NCBI GenBank assembly: GCA_016432325.1
Contig: CP066684.1
Span: 672,001 to 736,000, forward strand
Direction: 5' to 3'
Origin: Candidatus Aenigmatarchaeota archaeon
GTDB lineage: Archaea; Aenigmatarchaeota; Aenigmatarchaeia; PWEA01; JACQIF01
Length of the DNA stretch: 64,000 nt
Below, piece after piece: positions 47,485-56,430 of the stretch. Under the pieces are notes generated by a model. The model saw only the letters and a program-made list of their open reading frames with translations. It had not been told where the DNA came from and made no database searches. Numbering within the stretch: the stretch's first letter is position 1; every line of letters begins with the position of its first letter. Made by a program: the position numbers and the translations under genes.

Positions 47485-48510
47485 TCAGGCCGCCTTCATG
47501 GCATAGAGCACGTCTGGCGTCAGCGCGCGGTTGTAGATGCGCACGTTGTCTGCGAAGCCATCATAAGTGCCGCCTCCCTGATTCTTGCCGATGCGAAGCA
47601 CGTTGGTAGAGGTGTCTATATTGCCGCTGCACGATTTGGAACCGACGGGATTGCCGTCAAGATACATTCTCGCCGTCGTCCCATCGTACGAATAGAGGAC
47701 ATGATGCCATCCTGTCGAAGCGAGCGCCGCTGTTGCGGTGAGCTCACAGGCCGTGGGAGCACCTCCTATGGAGACGTAACCGTAGGCCGACGCCGCGCGC
47801 AGCCGGATTCCGTAGACGTTCCACTTCTCGACAAAGCCGTCGCCGCCTGCCAGAACCTTGGCGCGCCCTTCGATCGTGATTGCGCTTGTCGGACTCAGGC
47901 TTGACGAGTGCGGGAGCTCCGCATAGTCCCCTGCGACTTCGCCGATCTTCAGGGAATATTCGGACGCGGGCAACGGCGTGTCGCTGTTCCACAACGACGA
48001 GCCTGTCAGCGTGCCTGTGGCGCCGCTGACGGAATCCTTCGTACTCGCCCCGCTGCCTTCCTCGAACAACCACTCCCCGACGAGACTCTCGCGCACGTGT
48101 TCTATTTCCACAACAACGCTGTCAGAGAACGCGCCACCTGCTATTTCCAGCAGACGGTCCCCCTTCTCGAATTTCCACAAGCCTTGGACGTTCAGGTTGC
48201 CGCTGGAACCCGGGGCTATCGGAGACGCCAGCGTGTAGTTGAGTATTGTGCCGTCGACAAGAACTGTGAGAGAGCCCTGCGCTATGTCGTTTTGGCCCGT
48301 GTTGCGGAGGACGACGTTCTGGTCCTGGACGCCGTCTATCCTGAAAAGAGTAGTCGCCGTCTCCACGAGTTCCTGCGAACTCTTCTGCCCGGCCTCGGTT
48401 TGACTCGACGAAAGACGACCTGTGAAGACAGTGTACGCGCCGGCGAGGGAGAGGACTATGAGCACGAGGATTATCGATGCGATTACAGGACTGATGCCCT
48501 TGTCTTTCAT
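47485..48510 (-). CDS. Archaellin/pilin N-terminal domain plus LamG-like domain protein
   Basis: KG/ISPVIASIIL class III signal; WHHV..YDG..MYLDG, DNVRIYNRALT. Confidence 0.85.
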   Translation of the reverse strand: MKDKGISPVIASIILVLIVLSLAGAYTVFTGRLSSSQTEAGQKSSQELVETATTLFRIDGVQDQNVVLRNTGQNDIAQGSLTVLVDGTILNYTLASPIAPGSSGNLNVQGLWKFEKGDRLLEIAGGAFSDSVVVEIEHVRESLVGEWLFEEGSGASTKDSVSGATGTLTGSSLWNSDTPLPASEYSLKIGEVAGDYAELPHSSSLSPTSAITIEGRAKVLAGGDGFVEKWNVYGIRLRAASAYGYVSIGGAPTACELTATAALASTGWHHVLYSYDGTTARMYLDGNPVGSKSCSGNIDTSTNVLRIGKNQGGGTYDGFADNVRIYNRALTPDVLYAMKAA

Positions 48511-48511
48511 C

Positions 48512-49459
48512 TTACTTCCCGCCTAACTCTCTGGCCAGCTCCTTTATGAACCTTTCAAAGTTCTTCGCAGGCACCTGCGCGCCGCACGCGGCCGCGTGTC
48601 CTCCGGCAGAGCCGCCAAGAGGCTTCGCCACCTTGCGCGCCACGCGGGCCAAATCGTGAGCGAACCCCTTGTTCGCACGCAGGGACATGTCGACGTGTCC
48701 ACCTTCGAGTATTCCTATTACGCCTACCTTGGCGTCTGCTATTCCCATAATCAGGTGCGCGCCTTTGGCCAGCGAACCCATCTCGATTATCGCGTATGCG
48801 ACCTTTCCGACAACAGTGTGGTTCTGGACCAGACGCTCGTAGAGCAGCTTGTCGTGCCTGGCCTCTTTCAGAGCGAGTTCCACAACGTCTTTCATTTCAG
48901 ACGGCTCGACGCCTTTAACGAGTTCACGAACGATTCTCCGTTTCAGGTCGTACAGATGCCTCGCCTCTCCCATCGCCTCGAGAAGGATGCCCGCCTGGAA
49001 ATAGATTATCCTCTTATCCCACTTCTCGAGCTCTTTCGTTATCCAGTTCGTGTCGTCCGCGTAGTCGCCTATCGCCCCGTAGAGCGCTATTCTTGAGAAC
49101 TCCCTTGGAAGCTTTTCGTGCAGATACATGTACGCGAGCTCTGCCGTAGAGCGGTTGGTGTCGTGAACGTACTCGTCCGGAACGTCGCGATCGCGCGTTC
49201 CGTTGGGCAGCGGGTGGTGGTCTATGTAGAGAAGTTCGTATTTCGATGAGATGCGTTTCAGCTCCGCGAGAATCAGAGGCGCGTCCTCGTCGTGCAGCGC
49301 GATGTCCAGAATCACGGTGTGCTCCTTGGTCGCCTTCAGGTCCGACAGGAGTTGCGTAGGCCGGCTGAAGTGTACGCTCTCCGCATCGACGCCGAAGGCT
49401 TTGGCTACGAGAACGGCAGACGTAAGACCGTCTGTGTCGCCGTGCGCGAAGATCTTCAG
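48512..49459 (-). CDS. DHH/DHHA1 phosphoesterase, probable CTG start
   Basis: Motif I KIFAHGDTDGLTSA is in frame upstream of the track start; LDIA, IDHH, IGDY, SLR, AGGHAAACG. Confidence 0.85.
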   Translation of the reverse strand: MKIFAHGDTDGLTSAVLVAKAFGVDAESVHFSRPTQLLSDLKATKEHTVILDIALHDEDAPLILAELKRISSKYELLYIDHHPLPNGTRDRDVPDEYVHDTNRSTAELAYMYLHEKLPREFSRIALYGAIGDYADDTNWITKELEKWDKRIIYFQAGILLEAMGEARHLYDLKRRIVRELVKGVEPSEMKDVVELALKEARHDKLLYERLVQNHTVVGKVAYAIIEMGSLAKGAHLIMGIADAKVGVIGILEGGHVDMSLRANKGFAHDLARVARKVAKPLGGSAGGHAAACGAQVPAKNFERFIKELARELGGK

Positions 49460-49483
49460 AACACATCGCCCCCAATCCGTTCT

Positions 49484-49623
49484 GAAGTATTCGAACGAGG
49501 TTCGAAGATTTTCACGCGCCCGCCTCCGCGCGGCGTGAAAACTTGAGACCGCGTTTCAAGATTTTCAGGACCTATCCCCTCCATCCGGTCCCGAAGTATT
49601 TGAATGAGGTTCGAAGATTTTCA
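49484..49623. repeat. Three-unit palindromic repeat array downstream of tRNA-Gln
   Basis: 31-nt units at 49484, 49537, 49593; units 1 and 3 match 29/31; all end AAGATTTTCA. Confidence 0.7.
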
Positions 49624-49657
49624 TACTCCAGATAGTGCGGACCGATAAATAAAGAAG

Positions 49658-49863
49658 TGGTAGCCCCGGTAGGATATTCATGAAACGCGCGGCGTTTCAT
49701 ACTTTCGGCTTCTTCGAATCCGAAAGTCTTCGAACCTACGTCAACGGTTAGCTTCGTCTGCTCACAGTTCTTTCGAACTCGCATCTTTAGAGACAAACTC
49801 CAAAGACCGCTATCCTTTTGTGGAACCGCTGGAATTCCGGTTTGGCCACTAGACGACGGGGCT
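49658..49863 (-). tRNA. tRNA-Gln(TTG) with three introns: D-loop (49818-49843), 37/38 (49750-49799), 59/60 (49675-49728)
   Basis: Spliced 76-nt cloverleaf AGCCCCGTCGTCTAGTGGCCAAGGATAGCGGTCTTTGGAACCGTTGACGTAGGTTCGAATCCTACCGGGGCTACCA; BHB helices GTGG/CCAC, CTTT/GAAG, TTCG/TGAA. Confidence 0.9.
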
Positions 49864-49897
49864 CCGCGCAGACGTACGCGAGAACGCTTATTAACCT

Positions 49898-50197
49898 TTA
49901 CTTCGCCTCTCCCCACTTGATAATGTAGTGGACGAAGGCGAAGACTATAATCAGCGTTATCGCAAACTGAACGAAGACATTGGCGAATGCACCTATCTTT
50001 ATCGTCGCGTCGCCCACGTTCCAGGAGAACAGCCAAAGGCTCGACTTGTTCACGGTCGCGCCCAGAAGCGGCGAGAGCACCGCGTCGACAAAAGAGCGGA
50101 CAAGGTCGTTGACGGCCAGCGCTATCACAAAAGCGACAGCCGCGCCAACCACCTTGAATTCCTGCAGGAACTGCTTGAACTCGGAAAAGACGCCCAT
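49898..50197 (-). CDS. mscL: Large-conductance mechanosensitive channel family protein
   Basis: EFKQFL..VVGAAVAFVIA..LVRSFVDAVLSP..IGAF..FVQF. Confidence 0.8.
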   Translation of the reverse strand: MGVFSEFKQFLQEFKVVGAAVAFVIALAVNDLVRSFVDAVLSPLLGATVNKSSLWLFSWNVGDATIKIGAFANVFVQFAITLIIVFAFVHYIIKWGEAK

Positions 50198-50301
50198 AAC
50201 ACTGTAACGGGAAAGGCCTTTATTAACGTTGCGTTGAAATGTGAGTCCATGAAAACATCGAAACTCGGTTTCGAATCTTCCAGAGGAAACAGGTGAATTT
50301 C

Positions 50302-52119
50302 GTGAAAATACTGACGCTGCACTCGAACTCGCTGACCGTGACGCCTACAAAGAAGGCGATCAAGGACGCCGACGAGGAGCACGAGGCGCTCACGGCGAAA
50401 GAAGCTCTGGTCGTCTTCACGAGCGTCGAGAAGGAGGACGAGAAGAACAATGACGTCGTGGAGCGAACCGTAGAAGAGATACTCAAGGTCAACGAGCAGG
50501 TGCATGCGAAAGAAATCGTAATCTATCCGTACGTGCACCTGACGAACGCGCCGTCGTCGCCCGGTTTCGCCAAGGAGACTTTGAACAGACTAACCGCGGC
50601 TCTGGGAAAGCACGCAATCGTGAAGAAAGCGTCTTTCGGCTGGTACAAGGCGTTCACCATAGACGTGAAAGGCCACCCGCTGGCCGAACTGTCGCGCGAG
50701 ATAAAAGGCGAAGCGGAAAAGAAGCGCGCGCCGATAAAGAAGGAATATTTCATCATGACAGAGGACGGCAAGACGCACGACCCCGGAACGTACAAGTACA
50801 AGCAAGGCGAGGAGAACTTCAAGATTCTGGTGGATAAGGAAGCTCTGGGAAAAGAAGCGCCAGGAGGGAAAGAACCTGAATACATCAAGCATGTCAAACG
50901 TTTTGGAATAGACTGGGAGAGCATGTCAGACAGCGGCCACATGAGATACGGACCGCTGGGCGCGATGATACTTGAGCTCGCTTCGGACTACGCGAACGCC
51001 GTTGTGCGCTCCGTGGGGATTCCCGTGTACAACGTGCGCGGAACGAACATGTTCTCCCTGAACGAGCGCGCGATAGCAGAGCACGCGAAGCTCTTCGGAG
51101 ATCGTCTGTACGAGCTGGAGATGGAGAAAAAGAGGTTCGTCCTCAGATACGCCGCGTGCTTCCAGCAGTTCGCGATAATGAAGGACTGGATTATATCGTA
51201 CAAGAACATCCCTCTCGGTGCGTTCGAGGTCGCCGATTCATATCGTTTCGAACAGTCAGGCGAGACGCTGCTGTGCTTCCGCCTTCGAAAATTCCAGATG
51301 CCGGACATGCACGTGCTTACGTCAGACATGGAAGAGGCCAAGAAATGGACGCTCAGGATTCACGACAAGATATACGGGGAGATCGGCAAGCTTGGTCGCG
51401 ACTACTACTCGCTCTACAACCTCACATCGAAGGAATACTTCGAAAAGAACAAGGAGTTTTTCAAGGAGATGGTTCGCCGCGAGAAGAAGCCCGTGCTTCT
51501 GTGCTTCTATCCGCAGGGCGTCAACTATTACTGGATGTTGAATGTGGAGTATCACATCGTCGATTCGATGCAGAGGCCGCGCGAAATCGGGACGGTGCAG
51601 ATAGACGTCGGCAACGCCGAGCGCTTCGGCATCACATACACAGACGCGTCGGGCGCCGCGAAACATCCGATAATCCTGCACACGGCGATAATAGGCGGCC
51701 TTGAGAGATACATCTACACGATATTCGACACGGCGCTCCGCGAGAAGCATCCGACGTTGCCTCTGTGGCTGAGCCCGACGCAGGTTCGCCTGTGTCCGGT
51801 GAACGACACGTACGCGAAGAAGTGCGAGGCTCTGGCGGAGGAACTGGAGAAGAAAGGCGTGCGCGCGGACGTGGACGACCGCACGGAGTCCGTGCAGAAG
51901 AAGGTCCGCGACGCGGAGACGGATTGGATACCGCTCATCGTTGTCTACGGAGAGAAGGAAGACGCGGCGAAGAAGCTTGCCGTGCGCTTCAGGAAGTCTG
52001 GAGACGTCGAGAATATGTCTCTCGTCGAGCTGGCTTCGAGAATCAGGAAGGAGACATCCGAATATCCGTTCAGGCCGTTGACGATGCCGAAATTGGTTTC
52101 AAAGAGGCCGAAGTTCTAG
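50302..52119 (+). CDS. thrS: Threonyl-tRNA synthetase (archaeal type)
   Basis: IYPYVHL, FGWYKAF..KGHPLAELSR, LRYAACF, YRFEQSGE, ILHTAIIGGLER; GTG after AGGTGA. Confidence 0.95.
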   Translation: MKILTLHSNSLTVTPTKKAIKDADEEHEALTAKEALVVFTSVEKEDEKNNDVVERTVEEILKVNEQVHAKEIVIYPYVHLTNAPSSPGFAKETLNRLTAALGKHAIVKKASFGWYKAFTIDVKGHPLAELSREIKGEAEKKRAPIKKEYFIMTEDGKTHDPGTYKYKQGEENFKILVDKEALGKEAPGGKEPEYIKHVKRFGIDWESMSDSGHMRYGPLGAMILELASDYANAVVRSVGIPVYNVRGTNMFSLNERAIAEHAKLFGDRLYELEMEKKRFVLRYAACFQQFAIMKDWIISYKNIPLGAFEVADSYRFEQSGETLLCFRLRKFQMPDMHVLTSDMEEAKKWTLRIHDKIYGEIGKLGRDYYSLYNLTSKEYFEKNKEFFKEMVRREKKPVLLCFYPQGVNYYWMLNVEYHIVDSMQRPREIGTVQIDVGNAERFGITYTDASGAAKHPIILHTAIIGGLERYIYTIFDTALREKHPTLPLWLSPTQVRLCPVNDTYAKKCEALAEELEKKGVRADVDDRTESVQKKVRDAETDWIPLIVVYGEKEDAAKKLAVRFRKSGDVENMSLVELASRIRKETSEYPFRPLTMPKLVSKRPKF

Positions 52120-52730
52120 TTCTTGCGAAGCTCGCGCAGTTTTAAAACCACATAACAGATTGCCGCGAGAACGAGCGCTATCAGAACAACATTCTCATAC
52201 GGCGCCAGCATCGTTCCTACGTCGTGCCAGCGTTCGCCGAGCTTGACTCCGACCCACAACAGGAGACCGTTCCAGATCGCCGCGCCTGCAGCTGTCGCAA
52301 CAACGAACGGCACGAAAGGCATGCGCGCAGTTCCTGCCGGTATAGAAATCACGTGGCGCACCGCGGGTATGAAGCGCGCGGCGAATATCGCAACAAAGCC
52401 GCGCCTTTTCGCGAAACGTTCTGTCCATTCCAGCTCGCGCCGCGAAATCAAAAACCACCTGCCGTACTTTAAAAGGAATGGCCTGCCTGCGCGGACTCCA
52501 ACATAATAGCTCAACGCGCTGCCGACTATACTGCCCAGAGTCGCGACTGCCAAGGCTGTCATAAAGTCGAACGTTCCCGAGAATACCACGAAGCCCGCGA
52601 AAGGCATAACGGCTTCGCTGGGGACAGGGACGGCCGTGCTCTCCAGAACCATCATTAAGAAGAGCCCCTGATAGCCCATCGTCGAGAGTATCGAAACAAC
52701 TGTCGCGGACAGAACGCTTAGGATGCCCAT
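52116..52730 (-). CDS. DedA family membrane protein
   Basis: LESTAVPVPSEAVMPFAG, ARFIPAVRHVISIPAG. Confidence 0.9.
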   Translation of the reverse strand: MGILSVLSATVVSILSTMGYQGLFLMMVLESTAVPVPSEAVMPFAGFVVFSGTFDFMTALAVATLGSIVGSALSYYVGVRAGRPFLLKYGRWFLISRRELEWTERFAKRRGFVAIFAARFIPAVRHVISIPAGTARMPFVPFVVATAAGAAIWNGLLLWVGVKLGERWHDVGTMLAPYENVVLIALVLAAICYVVLKLRELRKN

Positions 52731-52781
52731 GGCCTCCGTGCGGCAAAAGCGTATATATCCTATTCGGTTCCTACCCGTCTC

Positions 52782-54074
52782 ATGGACTTCATGTCTGTGA
52801 GAGAGGCCATGGAACAGGAAGGCGGAACGGCCGCGCTGCGCGGCTGGTGCTCTACCGTGCGCACGCAGAAGACCACGGTTTTCATAATCCTGCGCGACGG
52901 AACCGGCCACATACAGGTCACGTTCAAAGAAAGCGACACGGACGCCAAGACGTTCAAGGCCGCGTCAGAACTTACGACCGAATCATCCGTAACGCTTACA
53001 GGCACGGTCGCAAAGGACGCACGCGCGCCCGGCGGCTTCGAGGTCAAGGGGCGCACGCTTGACGTTGTGCAACTGGCCGAACCATATCCCATCGCCCGCG
53101 ACAAGTCCCCGGAGTTCCTCATGGATCAGCGGCATTTGTGGATTCGTTCGCCGCAGATGACTGCGATACTGCGCGTGCGCTCGACGGTCTTCGGAGCCAT
53201 ACACGAATACTTCCGCTCGCAGAATTATTTTGAATTCCAGTCTCCTACGTTAACGAAGGCCGCTTGCGAGGGAGGTCCGACACTCTTCAAGGTCGACTAC
53301 TTCGGAGACGAAGTTTTCTTAACGCAGTCGTGGCAGCTCTATGCGGAAGCAGGGATTCACGCTCTTGAGAAGATTTACTGCATTGCTCCTTCGTTCCGCG
53401 CGGAGAAGTCGCGCACGACGCGCCATCTCACAGAGTACTGGCACGCGGAGTGCGAGGCAGCGTGGATGGACTTGGACGGACTGGCGCGCGTGGCGGAAGG
53501 ATTGATTTCGCACATCTGCGCACGCGTCGCGGAGAAGAACCCTGAAGACTTGCGCACTCTCGGACGCGACCCCAACGATTTGCTCAAGATAACGCCTCCG
53601 TTCCCACGCATCACGTACACCGAAGCGCTTGACATGCTGGCGAAGAAAGACGGCATCAAAATCAAGTGGGGCAAAGACCTCCGTACGGAAGAAGAGCGCG
53701 CGATTGCGCAGCATTTCGAACGTCCTGTCATAGTGACGCGCTATCCCAAGGAGATAATGGCCTTCTACAAGCCCGCGGATCCAAAGGATCCCAAGGTCGC
53801 TCTATGTTTCGACGTGCTCTGCCCTGAGCTCGGAACAGAAATAATCGGCGGCTCGCAGAGGGACGCGGACGTGAAGGCCATGATAAAGGCGTTGAAGAAA
53901 GAAGGCGCTGACCCGAAGTTCTATGACTGGTATTTTGCGACGCGACGTTACGGCGGCGTGCCTCACTCGGGCTTCGGCATGGGAGTGGAGCGCGTCATCC
54001 AGTGGATATGCAAGCTGGAGCACATCCGCGACACGATACCGTTCCCGAGAATGATGAATCGGTATTATCCTTGA
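52782..54074 (+). CDS. asnS: Asparaginyl-tRNA synthetase
   Basis: LTQSWQLYAE, FRAEKSRTTRHLTEYW, EIIGGSQR, WY..RRYGGVPHSGFGMGVER (AsnRS-type, not AspRS-type). Confidence 0.88.
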   Translation: MDFMSVREAMEQEGGTAALRGWCSTVRTQKTTVFIILRDGTGHIQVTFKESDTDAKTFKAASELTTESSVTLTGTVAKDARAPGGFEVKGRTLDVVQLAEPYPIARDKSPEFLMDQRHLWIRSPQMTAILRVRSTVFGAIHEYFRSQNYFEFQSPTLTKAACEGGPTLFKVDYFGDEVFLTQSWQLYAEAGIHALEKIYCIAPSFRAEKSRTTRHLTEYWHAECEAAWMDLDGLARVAEGLISHICARVAEKNPEDLRTLGRDPNDLLKITPPFPRITYTEALDMLAKKDGIKIKWGKDLRTEEERAIAQHFERPVIVTRYPKEIMAFYKPADPKDPKVALCFDVLCPELGTEIIGGSQRDADVKAMIKALKKEGADPKFYDWYFATRRYGGVPHSGFGMGVERVIQWICKLEHIRDTIPFPRMMNRYYP

Positions 54075-54690
54075 GGCTCATGACAATCCCTTCGACTTCT
54101 TTCATTACGTCTTCCGTCTTCGCGCGCTGTTGTAGCTCGTAAATCCCATTCAACACGCCTTCCACGACGAGTTGTTCTAGTGTAGCGCCTCCTCGACGCA
54201 TCCTCTTTGCGTGTTCCGCATAGCCCATTGCGAAACTGACGTCCAACAGTATGTCATAAAGGCTGTTTTTACCATCATTGAAACCGTTTACGTGCCGCGT
54301 CCATTTTATCCGTGCACAACACCGCAACCAACAAGACATTCTTTCGTTGTATGTTATGCATGCGCCTGTCGCCGCCTTTGCCACACGCGATATCTTATCC
54401 GGAACTGTTTTATCGCCCAATACAATATGATTTTCTGATAGGATATTTTCAATCGCATAGTCCCTCAACATCACGGCCTTCTGAAAGTTGTGCGGTGTCA
54501 GGAACATCACGTCCACCCATTTCCCCGTCTGAGCCTCGATTTTCCTTAGCACGTGGTGTGCTCCCTCCAGGGAGCCTACGTACACCACGTCAACATCTCC
54601 GGCATCCGCGCCCTTCCGCAGGTACGAGCCGTATATTATCACAAACTCGCCTTGCGGCACTTCCAAATCCAGTTCCCGAATCGCTAACAT
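53995..54690 (-). CDS. Pol beta-like nucleotidyltransferase domain plus helical C-terminal domain
   Basis: IIYGSYLR..GDVDVVYV..VDV; 3' end overlaps asnS by 80 bp. Confidence 0.7.
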   Translation of the reverse strand: MLAIRELDLEVPQGEFVIIYGSYLRKGADAGDVDVVYVGSLEGAHHVLRKIEAQTGKWVDVMFLTPHNFQKAVMLRDYAIENILSENHIVLGDKTVPDKISRVAKAATGACITYNERMSCWLRCCARIKWTRHVNGFNDGKNSLYDILLDVSFAMGYAEHAKRMRRGGATLEQLVVEGVLNGIYELQQRAKTEDVMKEVEGIVMSLKDNTDSSFSGTVSCRGCAPACISTG

Positions 54691-54740
54691 TCTCTCGCCT
54701 CTTATTGGTGCGCAGGGTCTGCAGCCCCGGCGCGTTCGTT

Positions 54741-54920
54741 TTATCCTAGCCTGAATCCGTCCCTGTACGGGACGAGTTTCCCCGAGGGACTTACGTGCGA
54801 AATGTCCACGTGCGGATACGGGTGGCCTCTCGACGAATGGATGTCGCTTATGACGGCCACGCTGCCGAACTCATTTAGGTATCCAAGTCGCATTTCCCTC
54901 ATCGATGTCGGTACACTCAT
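54741..54920 (-). CDS. 59-aa peptide (not in ORF track)
   Basis: GAGGTGA SD; MSVPTSMREMRLGYLNEFGSVAVISDIHSSRGHPYPHVDISHVSPSGKLVPYRDGFRLG. Confidence 0.6.
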   Translation of the reverse strand: MSVPTSMREMRLGYLNEFGSVAVISDIHSSRGHPYPHVDISHVSPSGKLVPYRDGFRLG

Positions 54921-54951
54921 GTCTTCACCTCTTTGTTTTTTGTTCGTCGTT

Positions 54952-55095
54952 TCATCTCAGTCCACGCAACGCGTAGCTCTGTTCCAACGCGCTCATGTAC
55001 AGCCCGGGTGGCTGCATCAGGTCGCTGGGCAGCGTGCCGCCGTACGGTATCGCGCTGTAGTGGCCCGGTCCGATCACTGGTCCTTGTCCGCTCAT
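54952..55095 (-). CDS. 47-aa Gly/Pro/Tyr-rich peptide (not in ORF track)
   Basis: GGAGGTGA SD; MSGQGPVIGPGHYSAIPYGGTLPSDLMQPPGLYMSALEQSYALRGLR. Confidence 0.6.
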   Translation of the reverse strand: MSGQGPVIGPGHYSAIPYGGTLPSDLMQPPGLYMSALEQSYALRGLR

Positions 55096-55132
55096 CGTTT
55101 TCACCTCCGTTGAACTTTTGTCGCGATGACAC

Positions 55133-55243
55133 TCATCGTCCCTTGTACTGTTTCATGCCGGCCTGACAGTTGGGACAGCACGGGTCAAACCCCGGCGGTC
55201 CGGGACAGTACTCGGCCGACAATCTACTTGCGTACGTTTCCAT
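55133..55243 (-). CDS. 36-aa Cys-rich peptide
   Basis: METYASRLSAEYCPGPPGFDPCCPNCQAGMKQYKGR; ATG 5 nt after the upstream stop. Confidence 0.5.
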   Translation of the reverse strand: METYASRLSAEYCPGPPGFDPCCPNCQAGMKQYKGR

Positions 55244-55248
55244 CACTC

Positions 55249-55437
55249 CTACCGCCCTCCGACGAGTTTCGCGTGCCCTTCGTACGCCGGGTTTCCGGCC
55301 AGCACGTCTCCCATTCTCTGTATGTACGCCCTGTCCGTCGACCAGTCCCAGCTCTGCGCCCACTTCTTTCTCTTCGCCGGCGCGCCTGGAATGAAGTACG
55401 ACGGGCTTTCTTCATCCGTTCCCAATTCGTTCACCAT
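55249..55437 (-). CDS. 62-aa peptide
   Basis: GGAGGTG SD; MVNELGTDEESPSYFIPGAPAKRKKWAQSWDWSTDRAYIQRMGDVLAGNPAYEGHAKLVGGR. Confidence 0.6.
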   Translation of the reverse strand: MVNELGTDEESPSYFIPGAPAKRKKWAQSWDWSTDRAYIQRMGDVLAGNPAYEGHAKLVGGR

Positions 55438-55643
55438 TTCCAAACACCTCCTTTGTTTTTTTGTCGCGTTCTTTGGTCCTGCGTTGTCCGCAGGGTTGGA
55501 ACCCAATTGATTAGCGCCACCATAAAAAACAGTCGTGTTACAGCTAACTGAAAGGATAAATAGTTGTACGGTTAACTAATTATAACGAAAAACGTTAACC
55601 CAAACGGGAGCGCTATATAAGGTTAATCTGTGGTGTATGAAGA

Positions 55644-56426
55644 ATGGACAAGGAGATAACACAGATTGTGTTTTTGGGTAATCCATACCATATGGAGAGG
55701 ATAAGATACCTTCTAAGAAAACGCATTCCGCAAAAGGTCTACTTCATAGAGGCCGAGGAGAACAATCACAGGGAGGAAGCCAAGGAGATGGCAGAAAAGA
55801 TGCGCTCCGAGCTTGAGGGGAATCTGCCGCGATGGGTGGTGGAAAAATCGGAGTTCACCGCTGTACCATTTTTTGACTTCACATCCGCTTTCATGAAACT
55901 AATCTCTATCATGCACAACGAGATTAGGCAAGACAGAGACGTTCTTGTCAACGCCCACGGCGGCAGCGTGATAGTCACTACAGCAGCCCTCTTGGCAGCT
56001 AACGCTACCGGAGCAAAGGTATGCTGGGTTGAGCCCGAGAGCTGGGGGTTTGTAGAAATGGGAGGCCACGTTTCACATATGGCCAAAGGAGCCAAGGGCA
56101 TCAAGGAGGTGGCGATTCCAATAAGCCTTGGAGTACCTGAGGGAGTGGACGCCAGCGTCCTCGGACATATCTACAGCAGAGGAGGAACCGTTAAGGGCAG
56201 ACTGTCCGCCATAACGGAGGACGTGGGCCTAGACAAGCTCGGCGCGAACGTGAAGAAGTCCAGCTCGGGCGTCGTGAAGCTCTCGAAGACCCTCGGCCGC
56301 CTCCGTGCGAAAGGCCTCATAGAGACGCGCAAGCTTGGCAGGAAATCCTTCGAAATCAAGCTCACCAAAGACAAGGGAGAGGTCGTGGGGAAGGTAGTGA
56401 GTCTGGTGTTAGAGAAAAGCATTTGA
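55644..56426 (+). CDS. CARF-like (DUF6293/Csa3-like) plus wHTH transcriptional regulator
   Basis: IVFLG..ERI..KVYFI, FFDFTSAF, VLVNAHGGS..AALLA, WVEPE; C-terminal LGRLRAKGLIETRKLGRK. Confidence 0.75.
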   Translation: MDKEITQIVFLGNPYHMERIRYLLRKRIPQKVYFIEAEENNHREEAKEMAEKMRSELEGNLPRWVVEKSEFTAVPFFDFTSAFMKLISIMHNEIRQDRDVLVNAHGGSVIVTTAALLAANATGAKVCWVEPESWGFVEMGGHVSHMAKGAKGIKEVAIPISLGVPEGVDASVLGHIYSRGGTVKGRLSAITEDVGLDKLGANVKKSSSGVVKLSKTLGRLRAKGLIETRKLGRKSFEIKLTKDKGEVVGKVVSLVLEKSI

Positions 56427-56430
56427 AGCT

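Noticed and set aside
49484-49623. Bona fide CRISPR array
   Set aside because: Degenerate middle repeat, short self-complementary spacers, no leader or cas genes; kept only as a repeat
49572-50036. 154-aa minus-strand ORF
   Set aside because: Runs across mscL in another frame and across the tRNA-Gln gene
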